A stretch of DNA of 64,000 nt from Opitutales bacterium (GTDB lineage: Bacteria > Verrucomicrobiota > Verrucomicrobiia > Opitutales > PNEW01), in contig CBDANS010000007.1 in assembly GCA_965197745.1 (NCBI GenBank), positions 1,856,001 through 1,920,000 on the forward strand, written 5' to 3'. Both the position numbers and the translations under genes were made by a program. The notes below the pieces were generated by a model, which did not search any database, had not been told where the DNA came from, and saw only the letters and a program-made list of their open reading frames with translations. Numbering within the stretch: position 1 is the stretch's first letter; each line of letters opens with the position of its first letter. Positions 46,553 through 56,832 of this stretch are shown piece by piece.

Positions 46553-46652
46553 GTATGCATATCAATTTATTGATTTTATTTTCTGAATAAAATGTAATAA
46601 TATTAATAAGTAGGTAGTCAACTCAGTCTTTATAATGATGTTTTAAATTACT

Positions 46653-47912
46653 ATGAATAAATCATTTATTTTACTGTCTCTATTTCTCTTATTGACCACT
46701 ACTACTATGATTATTGAAGCAAATGATGAAAGGTTAATGGATGAACCCTTTTTTGAGGTCAAAGATCTAATCATTGCTGAAGGAGAGGTAGCCGCCTATG
46801 GGCTTCCCCTGATCACGGTTACGGTTAAGGGAACGGTTCTCATCAGCAGTAATGCCCGCGTCGGCGACCGTCACGATATGGGCAATGTTCAATACGGGGT
46901 GCTTTTGAGAAGCACGGACAATGGCGAAACCTGGATGAAGAAAAAATTCGATGCTCTTCCTCAAGGAATTATTTCAGACCGGGTGACGGGGAAAGTAATG
47001 CTTTTCATTCCCGAAAGCGGTAAACTACTACGACCGGATGGAAAGCGGATGGATGAAAAGTGGGCGGTTGAGAATCCGCCTGAAGAGGCGAGAGAGATAT
47101 GGCAATATGAAAGTAATGATGACGGTATTAGCTGGGCGAAGGTTCAGAATATTACCCCGATGTTACAGAAGAAAAAATATACCCATATTGTGGGACCAAA
47201 CTATGCGAGTGGCCTTCAATTACAGTATGGAAAGCATAAGGGTCGATTGATTCTTCCGGGACGGACCTTTGTCAAAAATATTTTTGAATTCCAGTACAGC
47301 CGGAATACCCTTCTTTATAGTGACGATCACGGGATAACCTGGAAGGTTGGAGGGTTGAGCCAGTTGGCCATAGGTGAAGCCTGCGCCGTGGAATTGTCTG
47401 ACGGCAGCCTATATCTGAATAATCGCAACGAAGCCGGGCGCGTTTATCGCAACAAGAACAATCCGGACGCCGTTCATTTACTTAACGGGAGAAGCGCAGC
47501 CGTCCGCTGCTTTTCGATCAGCAGAGACGGTGGAGAAACATTTACTGAATTTGGTGAAATTGATGAGTTTATCCATGCTACCTGTCACGGTGGGATGGCT
47601 CGTCTTACTGACCGCAAATACGGTAACATTTTCCTGTTTTCCAATCCGGGCACGAAGATGGGGCAGGAAAAGGCGTGGGGAGAAAGGCATCACTTAACCG
47701 TGTGGGCTAGTATGGATGAAGCTAAGACCTGGGCAGTGAAAAGGGTAATTAACGAAGGACCAGCTGGTTACTCCTGTATGGCGGTGGGCAGGGACGGGAC
47801 GATCTTTGTTGCTTTCGAACGTGGCCCAGAAAATTATCGCACTAACACCGCAGTGGCCAGATTTAACCTCGCATGGTTAATGGAGAATGTGGACTTGGCC
47901 AAGGTCCAATAA
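46653..47912 (+). CDS. Secreted sialidase-like (GH33/BNR) beta-propeller
   Basis: Signal peptide; five Asp-boxes (STDNGETW, SNDDGISW, SDDHGITW, SRDGGETF, SMDEAKTW); AGYSCM. Confidence 0.88.
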   Translation: MNKSFILLSLFLLLTTTTMIIEANDERLMDEPFFEVKDLIIAEGEVAAYGLPLITVTVKGTVLISSNARVGDRHDMGNVQYGVLLRSTDNGETWMKKKFDALPQGIISDRVTGKVMLFIPESGKLLRPDGKRMDEKWAVENPPEEAREIWQYESNDDGISWAKVQNITPMLQKKKYTHIVGPNYASGLQLQYGKHKGRLILPGRTFVKNIFEFQYSRNTLLYSDDHGITWKVGGLSQLAIGEACAVELSDGSLYLNNRNEAGRVYRNKNNPDAVHLLNGRSAAVRCFSISRDGGETFTEFGEIDEFIHATCHGGMARLTDRKYGNIFLFSNPGTKMGQEKAWGERHHLTVWASMDEAKTWAVKRVINEGPAGYSCMAVGRDGTIFVAFERGPENYRTNTAVARFNLAWLMENVDLAKVQ

Positions 47913-48016
47913 AGGTGCGTGATATTTACGATTAATGGACATACCCAGCTTTTGATTAAAATTGCTTTGGGTGTAAAATAATCGATAGGGAAATGAATCA
48001 GTAAAAGGATGGCGTT

Positions 48017-48139
48017 ATGTCATATCAGATGATAGACGGTTTCCCGGTGTGGGGAGAGCCCCTAGAGAATGCTGTAGATCAAATCAGGAACTGCGCCAAG
48101 GATGCAGCGCATGTTGCACATTTTTATGGGGAGGGATGA
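48017..48139 (+). pseudogene. Probable N-terminal fragment of an RtcB-family RNA ligase
   Basis: MSYQMIDGFPVWGEPLENAVDQIRNCAKDAAHVA resembles short RtcB N-termini; stops before the DxH motif; not in the ORF track. Confidence 0.45.
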
Positions 48140-48202
48140 GAACCCGAGAAGAGGGTTATGCAAATTGTCGATTGCCGATATTCGATTGTGGATTGAATAA
48201 GA

Positions 48203-49519
48203 TGGTCGGGTTACACAAACTGGTCCACCGGGAGAGTTAGTCTGGAGAGGTTAATGTTGAAGTTAAGTTGGTAGAGGAAGTCAAGGCTTGGGCGCAATGA
48301 GGGCGTAGCCCGAATGGAGCCCGAGCCTTCGGTATTGAGGTTTTCAGTGAAGTGCCGTGGAGTGATGTTGCCGAGGCTGCGGTGGGGTCGGACATGATTG
48401 TAAAGCCAGCGCCAATCTTCGATGACCACGCGGGCTTCGGTCAAAGTCCATAACTGTTCACGGTTTAAACACTCCTCGCGAAAACGGGCATGGAACGATT
48501 CAATGTATCCGTTCTGCCAAGGGCTTGCTGGTTCGATATAGAGGGTTTTGATTTTCATCGCAGTTAGCCAGGCTCTCAATTGGCTTTCAATGAATGGCTT
48601 TGCATGTCGTCGCTTCGCTCCTCGGAACGGAACCGTTGTCGCTACGAATATATTTTGGCGGCCCATGCCGGTCGAGCAGTTTTTGCATGATACCGCGCAC
48701 CGTTTCCGCATTGATATGGCGATCAACATGGATCACCCGGCACTCGCGGGTGTACTCATCGAGCACGGTCAGCATTTTTAGACTGCCGCCGCGAACCGTC
48801 TTATCGTGGATAAAATCCCAGGTCCAAACATGGTCGGGATGTTCGGCCTTTGTCGGTAGCCCGGTGCAGACACCCCTGCGCCGGCGTCTTGGCTTGCGTG
48901 GGGGGATCGCCAGACCCAGTTCACGTCGCAGACCTTGCACGAGACGTTTACCCACCTGCCAGCCTTCGTCCTTCAACAGCTTCGTGATCTTGGGATAGCC
49001 CCACCTCGCGTATTGCCGTGATAACCGCCTTACTGCCGCTTTTAGTTTCGTTAGCCAGGCATCCGGATGCTTGGCCCTATACGCATAGGTGGAACGGTGC
49101 AGCCGAAAGTACCGGCACCCCGCTCGCATCGAACACTGGCCCCGAGTCACAAGTCTCTCTGCCACTTGCCGCTTGTGCCCAGGGCTTACAGTTTTTTTTC
49201 GAGGGTCTCCTGCAGGATCTCTATCCCCAGCATCTTGTCCGCCAGCATCCGTTTTAACCGCGCGTTCTCCTTCTCGAGCTCCTTCATCCGCTTGGCCTGG
49301 TTGACATCAATCATCCCAAACTCACGTTTCCAGCGGTGGAAGGTCTGTTCGCTTATGTTGTTCTCGCGGCATGCTTCCAGGATCGTTTTCCCTTTGTCCG
49401 CCTGGCGCAGCATCCGTATTTTCTCTTCGGTCGTGTATCTTTTGCCTTTCATTGTCTGTGTCCTTTCTAGTTGGACCAGACTAACTTTTCAAGTGGACCA
49501 GTTTTCGTGGTCACGACCA
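48203..49519 (-). mobile_element. IS3-family element type B, copy B2 (one micro-insert)
   Basis: Inverted near-identical copy of B1; orfA 49186-49452 intact; A-run slip site; 1317 bp vs 1287 bp for B1. Confidence 0.95.
48596..48627 (-). repeat. 32-nt hairpin micro-insert in the SDNGS-E-F codon of B2
   Basis: TTCCGAGGAGCGAAGCGACGACATGCAAAGCC; absent from B1 (46141-46170). Confidence 0.92.
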
Positions 49520-50158
49520 AACGCTTACGCGTCTATTTTCAGATTGGACTAGTCCAAGTCTTTGACGGGTCTTTCTGATCGAGTCAAAGCTGCAATCCAT
49601 ATCCACCAAGATGTTAAAGAATTCAAAAAGGGCATTATCATCAAATTGGCAAAGTGGCGGAATCCCTCGGTGTATAGACATGACCCAGCCCCATATCATT
49701 ATATCTTTAATACGCGTTAGCTTATATTTTTTGTAGTTCAATTCCTCACCTAACCTTACAAAAAAATCTGTATCATCTTTTTTAATAGCACGATCCAATC
49801 GAGCTTTAATAATTGGGTGGTTTAATTTTTTCGTGACTCTGCAATATGCAAATACTAAAGAATCATGATAGTTATATTGTTTATTCGTTATACGTTTAAT
49901 GTTAACCGCTTTATTTATTTTTTGAGCAAGTGCATGTTCAACAGATTCACGTATAGTTTTATCATCTACGATATAAAAATCTTCTTTAAGCCTCTTATTT
50001 ATGGAGAATTCAGATGTATTGGGGAAGGGTGCTATTTCAAGAAGAATGCCCGTTAACAGTTCCCGCTCCACATGTGTTGGTCGATGTCGAGAAAGTATTT
50101 CTATCAATAATTGTGGAGATATGGGTTCTTTATTTTTTTTCTCTGCCATAGCTTTCAC
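49511..50158 (-). CDS. Island hypothetical protein; last codons supplied by the IS-B2 end
   Basis: 215-aa ORF overlapping the integrase stop (GTGA). Confidence 0.65.
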   Translation of the reverse strand: MKAMAEKKNKEPISPQLLIEILSRHRPTHVERELLTGILLEIAPFPNTSEFSINKRLKEDFYIVDDKTIRESVEHALAQKINKAVNIKRITNKQYNYHDSLVFAYCRVTKKLNHPIIKARLDRAIKKDDTDFFVRLGEELNYKKYKLTRIKDIMIWGWVMSIHRGIPPLCQFDDNALFEFFNILVDMDCSFDSIRKTRQRLGLVQSENRRVSVWS

Positions 50159-51300
50159 ACAGTTATATCAGGCAATGAATCGAGAGCTTTCCGCTTCGCT
50201 TCATCTTCTATATGTGTATAATTCGCACTAATCATCTTGGATTCATGGCCAATGATATCCATCGCTACGGCTTCACTCACTCCCGCGTTTTTAAAAAGGC
50301 TAGTTGCTGTGTGTCGTAAACAATGGAAGCTGATCTCATTTACATTGCGCTTAGCAGATCGCCCCTTTCCGGTGGATTTTTTTGTTCTCGGCTTCGCGAG
50401 ACCCGATGCAACCAGTAACTCATAGAATTGGTTACTCAAAGTAGATATATTTATACAGCGTTTTAATGTTTCAAAAGCCCTGGGGAAAAGTGGCGCTTTC
50501 GGGTCATCACTTGAAGGCAGTAATTCAATCCATTCTTTTAATGGCTTAGCTAATGGGATAATCTGCCGCCGTCCTGTTTTATGAGCGGAAAGTCTTAGTT
50601 CATTTCGAATCAAATCAACATTATGCGAAGTGAGATTTGCCACATCACGAAGTCTTTGGCCGGTGTATAATCCCACCAAGATCATACCCCTCCATTCTTG
50701 ATCTGCCACTTCTAAAATTCTCTTCAATTCTGTTAATGTAAATGGCCTTCTTTCTATCATTTCCTCTCTTCTTTTAATAATTACAGTTTTGGCTGCCGGA
50801 TCATCAGCTATTAGCCCTTCGCGCCAAGCTGCTTTAAAGGCCACTCTGATAATCTTAAGCTTGCCGTTGGCTGTTACTGCAGTGCTCTTTTTAGCCGCAT
50901 TATCCCGAAAACTTGAAATATCAGCAGTAGTAATACTTGAGATATCTTGATCCGCCCTAGGTCCAATAAAATCTAGAAAATCGAGAACTGTCCCTTCATA
51001 CTTGGAAGTAGTAAGATCAGAGACTTCAACTTTTTTTGTTGCCAGCCATCTCTTAAAAAAATCACGTAGTGTTGAAGTCGGTAGAGATTTTCCGTTTATC
51101 TTTTCGTATATGTCCGATAAGACACGTCGGGCTTGTGCTTCTGTTAATTTTCGCCGGGCAGCATCTTCCCATTCGTCTGCAATAATTTGGGCATTCTTTC
51201 GGTTAACTTCTTTAGTGCTTCTTTTTGTTCTCCTACCATTCGGTAGGGTAAAGCATGCGTACCAATATTTACTTTTAGGATGTTGCCATACACTCGACAT
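50155..51300 (-). CDS. Tyrosine recombinase / phage-type integrase
   Basis: YTGQRLRD, K in HKTG, FHCLRHT, IIGHES..ANYTH; N-terminal arm-binding-like region. Confidence 0.95.
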   Translation of the reverse strand: MSSVWQHPKSKYWYACFTLPNGRRTKRSTKEVNRKNAQIIADEWEDAARRKLTEAQARRVLSDIYEKINGKSLPTSTLRDFFKRWLATKKVEVSDLTTSKYEGTVLDFLDFIGPRADQDISSITTADISSFRDNAAKKSTAVTANGKLKIIRVAFKAAWREGLIADDPAAKTVIIKRREEMIERRPFTLTELKRILEVADQEWRGMILVGLYTGQRLRDVANLTSHNVDLIRNELRLSAHKTGRRQIIPLAKPLKEWIELLPSSDDPKAPLFPRAFETLKRCINISTLSNQFYELLVASGLAKPRTKKSTGKGRSAKRNVNEISFHCLRHTATSLFKNAGVSEAVAMDIIGHESKMISANYTHIEDEAKRKALDSLPDITV

Positions 51301-51304
51301 AATG

Positions 51305-51324
51305 TAAGAACATAAGTAAGAACA
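51305..51324 (+). promoter_or_regulatory. Putative integrase arm-type site (right)
   Basis: TAAGAACA-TAAG-TAAGAACA immediately upstream of the integrase start. Confidence 0.65.
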
Positions 51325-51407
51325 TCATTTATGTCAAACGTGTTCAATGACATTTAAAATATTAATATTTATTAACTTATAACAGTATTTAAGATGGAGG
51401 ATTAGTC

Positions 51408-51437
51408 GTAGAGGTTCGAGTCCCCTCCTGAGCACCA
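51408..51437 (+). repeat. attR: duplicated tRNA-Leu 3' end
   Basis: GTAGAGGTTCGAGTCCCCTCCTGAGCACCA. Confidence 0.93.
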
Positions 51438-51503
51438 TAATTATTGATATGTCAATATCGGCCCCATCAGCCGGATATTCGATCCCGCCATGTTTTTCTC
51501 TCA

Positions 51504-52559
51504 TTAACTGTGTGTTCGAGACAGTACACGATTAATTTTTTTCGCTAAAAAAGGCCCTTTATAAATTAAGCCAGTGTATAATTGAATTAAGGATGCACCT
51601 GCATCTATCGTTTCTTGTGCCGAGAGAATATCATCTATCCCCCCTACCCCTATAATTGGCAGTCTCCCCTTTGTTTCGTGATTCACAAATTTAATTATTT
51701 CCAGTTTTTTCTCATGGACCGGTTTTCCGCTAAGCCCCCCTGCTTCCGTCACATCTTTAAAATTCCCGGAACGCTCGAGAGTAGTATTGGTCGCTATGAT
51801 CCCATCGATTTCGAATTCATTCGTAATTTGCAGGAGCGCATCGATCTGGCTGAAAGATAAATCAGGAGCAATTTTTAAGAGCATGGGTATACAATGCTGC
51901 CCGGTTTTCTGCGAGCGACTCAAATTGGCTTCACGTAATATTTTCAGGAGAGCTGATAGTGATTTTGTTTCCTGTAACTTGCGCAGGTCGGGAGTATTAG
52001 GACTACTGACATTGATCGTGAAGTAATCGGCGTAATCCGCGAGCAGATTAAAGGAGTTAAGGTAATCCGCCGGAGCATCTTCAAGCGGTGTCGCTAAAGA
52101 TTTTCCGATATTAATCCCCAGGGGTATTGCTTTTTTATGATGCGCACCTGCTGATCGCAATCGACGGGCAATCCTTTCAGCCCCATCATTGTTGAAACCT
52201 AGACGGTTAATGATCGCTTCCTCTTCAGGATAACGGAAAACACGCGGTCGAGGATTTCCAGGTTGTCTCTGATACGTAATGGTTCCGACTTCAACATGTC
52301 CAAATCCGAACGCACCCATAACCCGCCATATTTGAGCATTTTTATCCATACCTGCGGCTAAACCAATCAAATTAGGAAATTTTACTCCAAACAGATCGAT
52401 ATCCTCGTTCCCTGAGCTCCGATTGTATCGTTCCATCAAATGGCAGAGAAATGGGGCAAAGCTAAGCAATTTGAGCATGGAAATACTAAATTCATGGGCC
52501 TTTTCCGGTTCCCGGAGAAAGAGTATGGGCCGGATCAGTTTCTCATAAAATAACCCCAT
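51504..52559 (-). CDS. pyrD: Quinone-dependent dihydroorotate dehydrogenase
   Basis: LAAGMDK, INRLGFNN, NVSSPNTP, KIAPDL, GGLSG. Confidence 0.95.
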   Translation of the reverse strand: MGLFYEKLIRPILFLREPEKAHEFSISMLKLLSFAPFLCHLMERYNRSSGNEDIDLFGVKFPNLIGLAAGMDKNAQIWRVMGAFGFGHVEVGTITYQRQPGNPRPRVFRYPEEEAIINRLGFNNDGAERIARRLRSAGAHHKKAIPLGINIGKSLATPLEDAPADYLNSFNLLADYADYFTINVSSPNTPDLRKLQETKSLSALLKILREANLSRSQKTGQHCIPMLLKIAPDLSFSQIDALLQITNEFEIDGIIATNTTLERSGNFKDVTEAGGLSGKPVHEKKLEIIKFVNHETKGRLPIIGVGGIDDILSAQETIDAGASLIQLYTGLIYKGPFLAKKINRVLSRTHS

Positions 52560-52747
52560 TATTTAAAATTTGCGTTATCCATTCAAATAGCGCAAGCAGG
52601 GAGTATAAAACAACACAAAAAACCTTTTAAACGGGTATTGATTTTTTCAAATTTAATTCTTTATAAAAGAACCTAAATACCCCATGGGTTATTCAATAAA
52701 AGAAAATGTGGCCGATGAACGATAAGAGGAATTTTACTAAGTAGCCA

Positions 52748-53482
52748 ATGGCTAAATCGACTTCTCAACTTGAATGGTGCATCATCCGCCTGGGTGAAGA
52801 TATGAACTGGTGGGTTGATGAAATCAGCAATGCGATCCATTGGGATACCGACGGGCTATCCATAATAGACCCGAATCAGATCAACCACATCATTGATTTG
52901 TGCGAACCCTTACGCGCTTACGGATTCGATCCTGAAATTATTAATTCTACTTTTTTCAAGTTTAAAATTGAAAAGGAACTCAAGGATAAGCGGGTGCGTT
53001 TAATCCGTGTAAGGGAATCCCTTATCGAAACAGAAGAGCGAATCTTTGCCTTACCGGAAATAATGGATGAAGAAAAAGGTCCCTATGCAGATTTGCTCGA
53101 TCAGATAACAACGCTTCGCGTCAAGATGTTAAATGATCTCATCGAATTTGATGAAAGTCTAACTATTGACGAGCTGGAAGAAGAAATTCGCGAGCGTCAA
53201 ACCAGTGATTATTTTGAAGGCCGAGCCGTGCACTTTTTTAATGAAATTACCGCTATTCTCGAATATGTGCCCGAAGGATTTGAGCTGGACCATGATGAGG
53301 AACCGGTATCAAGCAAAGCTGAAGAAATCGAGGATTTTCCCGATATTGAAGCCGTTGAAGAGAAAATAGAAGAAGACGAAACAATGAAGTGGGACGAAGA
53401 ACCGGCAGAAGGAGAAGAGGCTTTAGTTGAGGAGGAAGATGTCAAAGTTAAACCACGCCGCGGCCGTCCTCGGAAAAAATAA
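52748..53482 (+). CDS. Acidic hypothetical protein ending in an AT-hook-like motif
   Basis: 244-aa E/D-rich ORF; C-terminus KPRRGRPRKK. Confidence 0.75.
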   Translation: MAKSTSQLEWCIIRLGEDMNWWVDEISNAIHWDTDGLSIIDPNQINHIIDLCEPLRAYGFDPEIINSTFFKFKIEKELKDKRVRLIRVRESLIETEERIFALPEIMDEEKGPYADLLDQITTLRVKMLNDLIEFDESLTIDELEEEIRERQTSDYFEGRAVHFFNEITAILEYVPEGFELDHDEEPVSSKAEEIEDFPDIEAVEEKIEEDETMKWDEEPAEGEEALVEEEDVKVKPRRGRPRKK

Positions 53483-53525
53483 TTTCGCTCGACGCCCTGC
53501 CCATATTTTTATTAACACGCTCCCT

Positions 53526-54116
53526 ATGAAAATCTTTATCGTTCTATTTAATCCCAGGGTTTTATTAGGGTTGATTACAGGTATAGTTTTGTGTGGTTGT
53601 AATGCCACAGTGGAGACAGCAACCACTATTCCACCGGCAAAAACTGCTAATCTGCGTCCTGGAGACAATCTCGTCATTAATCTTCAAAGCATCCCGGATC
53701 CTGTTCAAATCAATACTCAAATTGACGACCAGGGGTATATCAGCCTCCGCTATTTAGGGTTAATTGAAGCTTCAGGTTATCGAGAGTCTGAATTAGCTGA
53801 AGAAATACAAAATGCATATATTAAGGGTAAAATATATCCCTCTATTGATGTATCAATATCCGTAACCGAACGCTATGTTTACGTGGGGGGTGAAGTGGCG
53901 CGACCAGGGCGTGTAATCTGGTCACCCGATCTCTCTCTTACAAAAGCTATTCAAGCGGCTGGCGGATTTTCTATCTACGCAAGGAAAATCGGTGTTATTC
54001 TGAATCGTGAAGAGGGTTCTTATACCGTTGATGCCAAGAGTGCTGAGCGCAATCCAGTAAATGATCCCAGACTTTTCCCGGGTGATAGTATCAATGTGCC
54101 ACGTTCACCCCATTGA
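53526..54116 (+). CDS. Polysaccharide export (Wza-like/SLBB) lipoprotein
   Basis: LCGC lipobox, LRPGD, VGGEVARPG, AIQAAGGF. Confidence 0.82.
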   Translation: MKIFIVLFNPRVLLGLITGIVLCGCNATVETATTIPPAKTANLRPGDNLVINLQSIPDPVQINTQIDDQGYISLRYLGLIEASGYRESELAEEIQNAYIKGKIYPSIDVSISVTERYVYVGGEVARPGRVIWSPDLSLTKAIQAAGGFSIYARKIGVILNREEGSYTVDAKSAERNPVNDPRLFPGDSINVPRSPH

Positions 54117-54135
54117 CGCACTTACCGGATCCCAT

Positions 54136-55155
54136 TTATACCCCTTCCTTCATAGTTCTCGCAATATCCGCGGCAAAATAGGTGAAAATCATATCGGCGC
54201 CCGCGCGTTTTATTGCTATTAAAGTCTCGTCGCGGACCTTAACAAGATCCAGCCATCCCTGACGGGCTGCTGCATAAATTTGGGCGTACTCACCTGAAAC
54301 CTGATATGCGGCAACCGGTAAATCAGTGCTATCGCGCAATTCACGAATAATATCGAGATAGGGACCTGCCGGCTTAACCATCAGGATATCAGCTCCCTCT
54401 CCTTCATCCAGCAAGGTTTCTATACGCGCCTCACGGCGATTGCCAGGATTTAACTGATAAGTTTGCTTTCCTAACAGATGAGTTCCCGCTGCCTGGGCGC
54501 TACCCACAGCGTCACGAAACGGTCCGTAGAATGATGAGGCAAATTTAGCAGAATAGGCAAGAATACCGGTAGCTGAAAAACCTGAATCATCGAGCGCATT
54601 GCGGATTACCGTCACACGGCTATCCATCATATCTGAGGGAGCAACAAAATCGACACCGGCATCCGCATTGAGCACTGCCATCTCACCAAGTATTTTTAAT
54701 GTTCGGTCGTTATCGACATCGGTTTTCTCAGAATTTAAAACCCCATCGTGACCGTGATTGGTATAAGGATCGAGAGCTATATCTGTGATTACGGTTATAC
54801 CCGGTACTTTTTCCTTGATCGCCTTAACGGCACGAAGGACAAGCGTATTTTTATTTAAGGCTTCAGAACCGGTATCATTTTTTAAGGAAGGGTCGAGGAC
54901 GGGAAAGATAGCCACTCCAGGTATTCCCAAATTAAAGAGCCCTTCACATTCCTTCACCATATCGGTAATACCAAGTCGTTGTTGATGGGGCATTGACTCA
55001 ATGGCCAGCGGTTTACCATCACCATCCATGACGAAGAGTGGCATAATCAAATCATTCACGACCAAACGCGTCTCTTCAACAAGTGCACGAATCGCCGGTG
55101 TTCTCCGCAAACGTCGAGGCCGACGCGTAAACTTATATCTTTCCTCTTTTCTCAT
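54136..55155 (-). CDS. hemB: Porphobilinogen synthase
   Basis: APSDMMD, YSAKFASSFYGPFRDA, MVKP, YQVSGEY. Confidence 0.95.
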   Translation of the reverse strand: MRKEERYKFTRRPRRLRRTPAIRALVEETRLVVNDLIMPLFVMDGDGKPLAIESMPHQQRLGITDMVKECEGLFNLGIPGVAIFPVLDPSLKNDTGSEALNKNTLVLRAVKAIKEKVPGITVITDIALDPYTNHGHDGVLNSEKTDVDNDRTLKILGEMAVLNADAGVDFVAPSDMMDSRVTVIRNALDDSGFSATGILAYSAKFASSFYGPFRDAVGSAQAAGTHLLGKQTYQLNPGNRREARIETLLDEGEGADILMVKPAGPYLDIIRELRDSTDLPVAAYQVSGEYAQIYAAARQGWLDLVKVRDETLIAIKRAGADMIFTYFAADIARTMKEGV

Positions 55156-55272
55156 ATATCTATAAAAGTAATTGTATAAGAGCTGGAAGCCAGAATAAAT
55201 TGTTGAACTCAATCAACTTAACGTTTCAGTTTTACTGAAATTTTATCCCATAGCTTTATCGAATCAACCAAT

Positions 55273-56709
55273 ATGACTATAAATCTCTACGATACCATGA
55301 GCAGAAGCGTTAGACCTCTCTCCCCGGAGGACGAAATGGTGTTTCGTTTTTACTGCTGCGGGCCCACTGTATATGGACCATCACATATTGGGAATTTTCG
55401 CACTTTTCTTCTCCAGGATGTTTTACGACGCACGCTTGAAGTTTCAGGTCTGAAAACTAAGCATGTGCGAAATATTACTGACGTAGAAGATAAGACTATA
55501 CGCCAGAGTCAGATTGAGGGGTTATCACTTAAGGACTTCACTAAAAGGTGGACGGTATTATTCCAAAAGGACTGTAAAGAACTTAATATTCTGGAACCTC
55601 ATGAGGAACCCCGCGCCAGTGAACACATTCCCCAGCAAATAGAACTCATCGTTAAACTCCTTGCCAAAGGGCACGCTTATCAGGCTAGTGATGGCTCGGT
55701 TTACTTTAAAATAAGCAGTTTCCCCGATTATGGAAAACTAACCCACCTCAAACAAATAGAACTGCAAACTCAAACCGAGACCAGCGGTAATACCCTGAAT
55801 CTGGCCGACGAGTATGAACGCGAATCGGTAGCCGATTTTTCTCTTTGGAAATCCCGTAAACCAGAAGATGGTGACAACTACTGGAACAGTCCCTGGGGTG
55901 AAGGACGACCGGGATGGCATATTGAATGCTCAGCAATGAGTATGGAAATTTTGGGGGAGACCTTTGACTTACATGCAGGGGGCACTGATATCTGCTTCCC
56001 CCACCATGAAAACGAAATTGCCCAAAGTGAAGCGGCAACCGGTAAAACACCTTTTTCAAAGCACTGGTTTCACAGCGCTCAATTGCAGGTCGAAGGTCAA
56101 AAAATGAGTAAAAGTTTAGGCAACCTTTACACCACAAGTGATATTAAAGAAAAAGGGTATACTTCCATGGCCCTTCGCTATCTTCTCATTTCCGGCCACT
56201 ATCGCCAGCCCTTTAATTTTACCTTTAATGGCATGGATGCAGCAGCAAGCGCGCTCCTTAAAATGGAGAAATCTATCCAGACGTTCATTAAGAAAATTGA
56301 CATGTCTCAATCTGAATTTTCACAAATCACGGAACAGCCTGAACAAAGGAGTCGAGGGTTATTTAGAAATGCCTGGGAAGCACTGACTGATGATCTCAAC
56401 ACCTCAGCATGCCTGGGAAACTTATTCAGCGCACTTAGACAGATCGACACAAAGATTATGACCACAAGTGAACTATCATCTGAGATGGTAGCATGCGCCT
56501 CCCTCATTTACGCCCTGGGCCTTCGACTTTTTACCGAAAAGCAACAAACTCTTGTCGCACCGGTTGAAATACAAAAACTTGCTGATGAACGCTGGGCTGC
56601 TAAAGCGCTAAAGGATTTTGCCAAGGCGGACGCGCTGCGGGAAAAAATTTATGCTGAAGGCTGGCAGGTCCTTGATCGTAAAGATGCTTACGATCTAATC
56701 CCGGTTTAA
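55273..56709 (+). CDS. cysS: Cysteinyl-tRNA synthetase
   Basis: CGPTVY, HIGN, GRPGWHIECSAM, KMSKS. Confidence 0.96.
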   Translation: MTINLYDTMSRSVRPLSPEDEMVFRFYCCGPTVYGPSHIGNFRTFLLQDVLRRTLEVSGLKTKHVRNITDVEDKTIRQSQIEGLSLKDFTKRWTVLFQKDCKELNILEPHEEPRASEHIPQQIELIVKLLAKGHAYQASDGSVYFKISSFPDYGKLTHLKQIELQTQTETSGNTLNLADEYERESVADFSLWKSRKPEDGDNYWNSPWGEGRPGWHIECSAMSMEILGETFDLHAGGTDICFPHHENEIAQSEAATGKTPFSKHWFHSAQLQVEGQKMSKSLGNLYTTSDIKEKGYTSMALRYLLISGHYRQPFNFTFNGMDAAASALLKMEKSIQTFIKKIDMSQSEFSQITEQPEQRSRGLFRNAWEALTDDLNTSACLGNLFSALRQIDTKIMTTSELSSEMVACASLIYALGLRLFTEKQQTLVAPVEIQKLADERWAAKALKDFAKADALREKIYAEGWQVLDRKDAYDLIPV

Positions 56710-56832
56710 GCACCAGTTTTTATAATCATGGACTTATACCTTTTGGTATAATCTTAAAAAGAAATATATTCATGTCCTGCATTGATTCTAGTGTTGACAT
56801 TCAATAATGCTGCTAAATGTTAAGCATCAGAA

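Larger units (their letters stand above)
44419..51437. mobile_element. ~7 kb integrative island in tRNA-Leu
   Basis: tRNA 3' end (44389-44418) repeated at 51408-51437 with 1 mismatch; tyrosine integrase next to the repeat. Confidence 0.92.

Noticed and set aside
45266..49519. Cleanly inserted composite transposon
   Set aside because: No matching target duplication at the outer ends.
50185..50205. GCTTCGCT-like words in the integrase (also 26315-26326 and 61724-61735 in orfA)
   Set aside because: Ordinary coding sequence (EAKR/DAKR) without the CCGAGGAGC..GACGAC core or any frame disruption.
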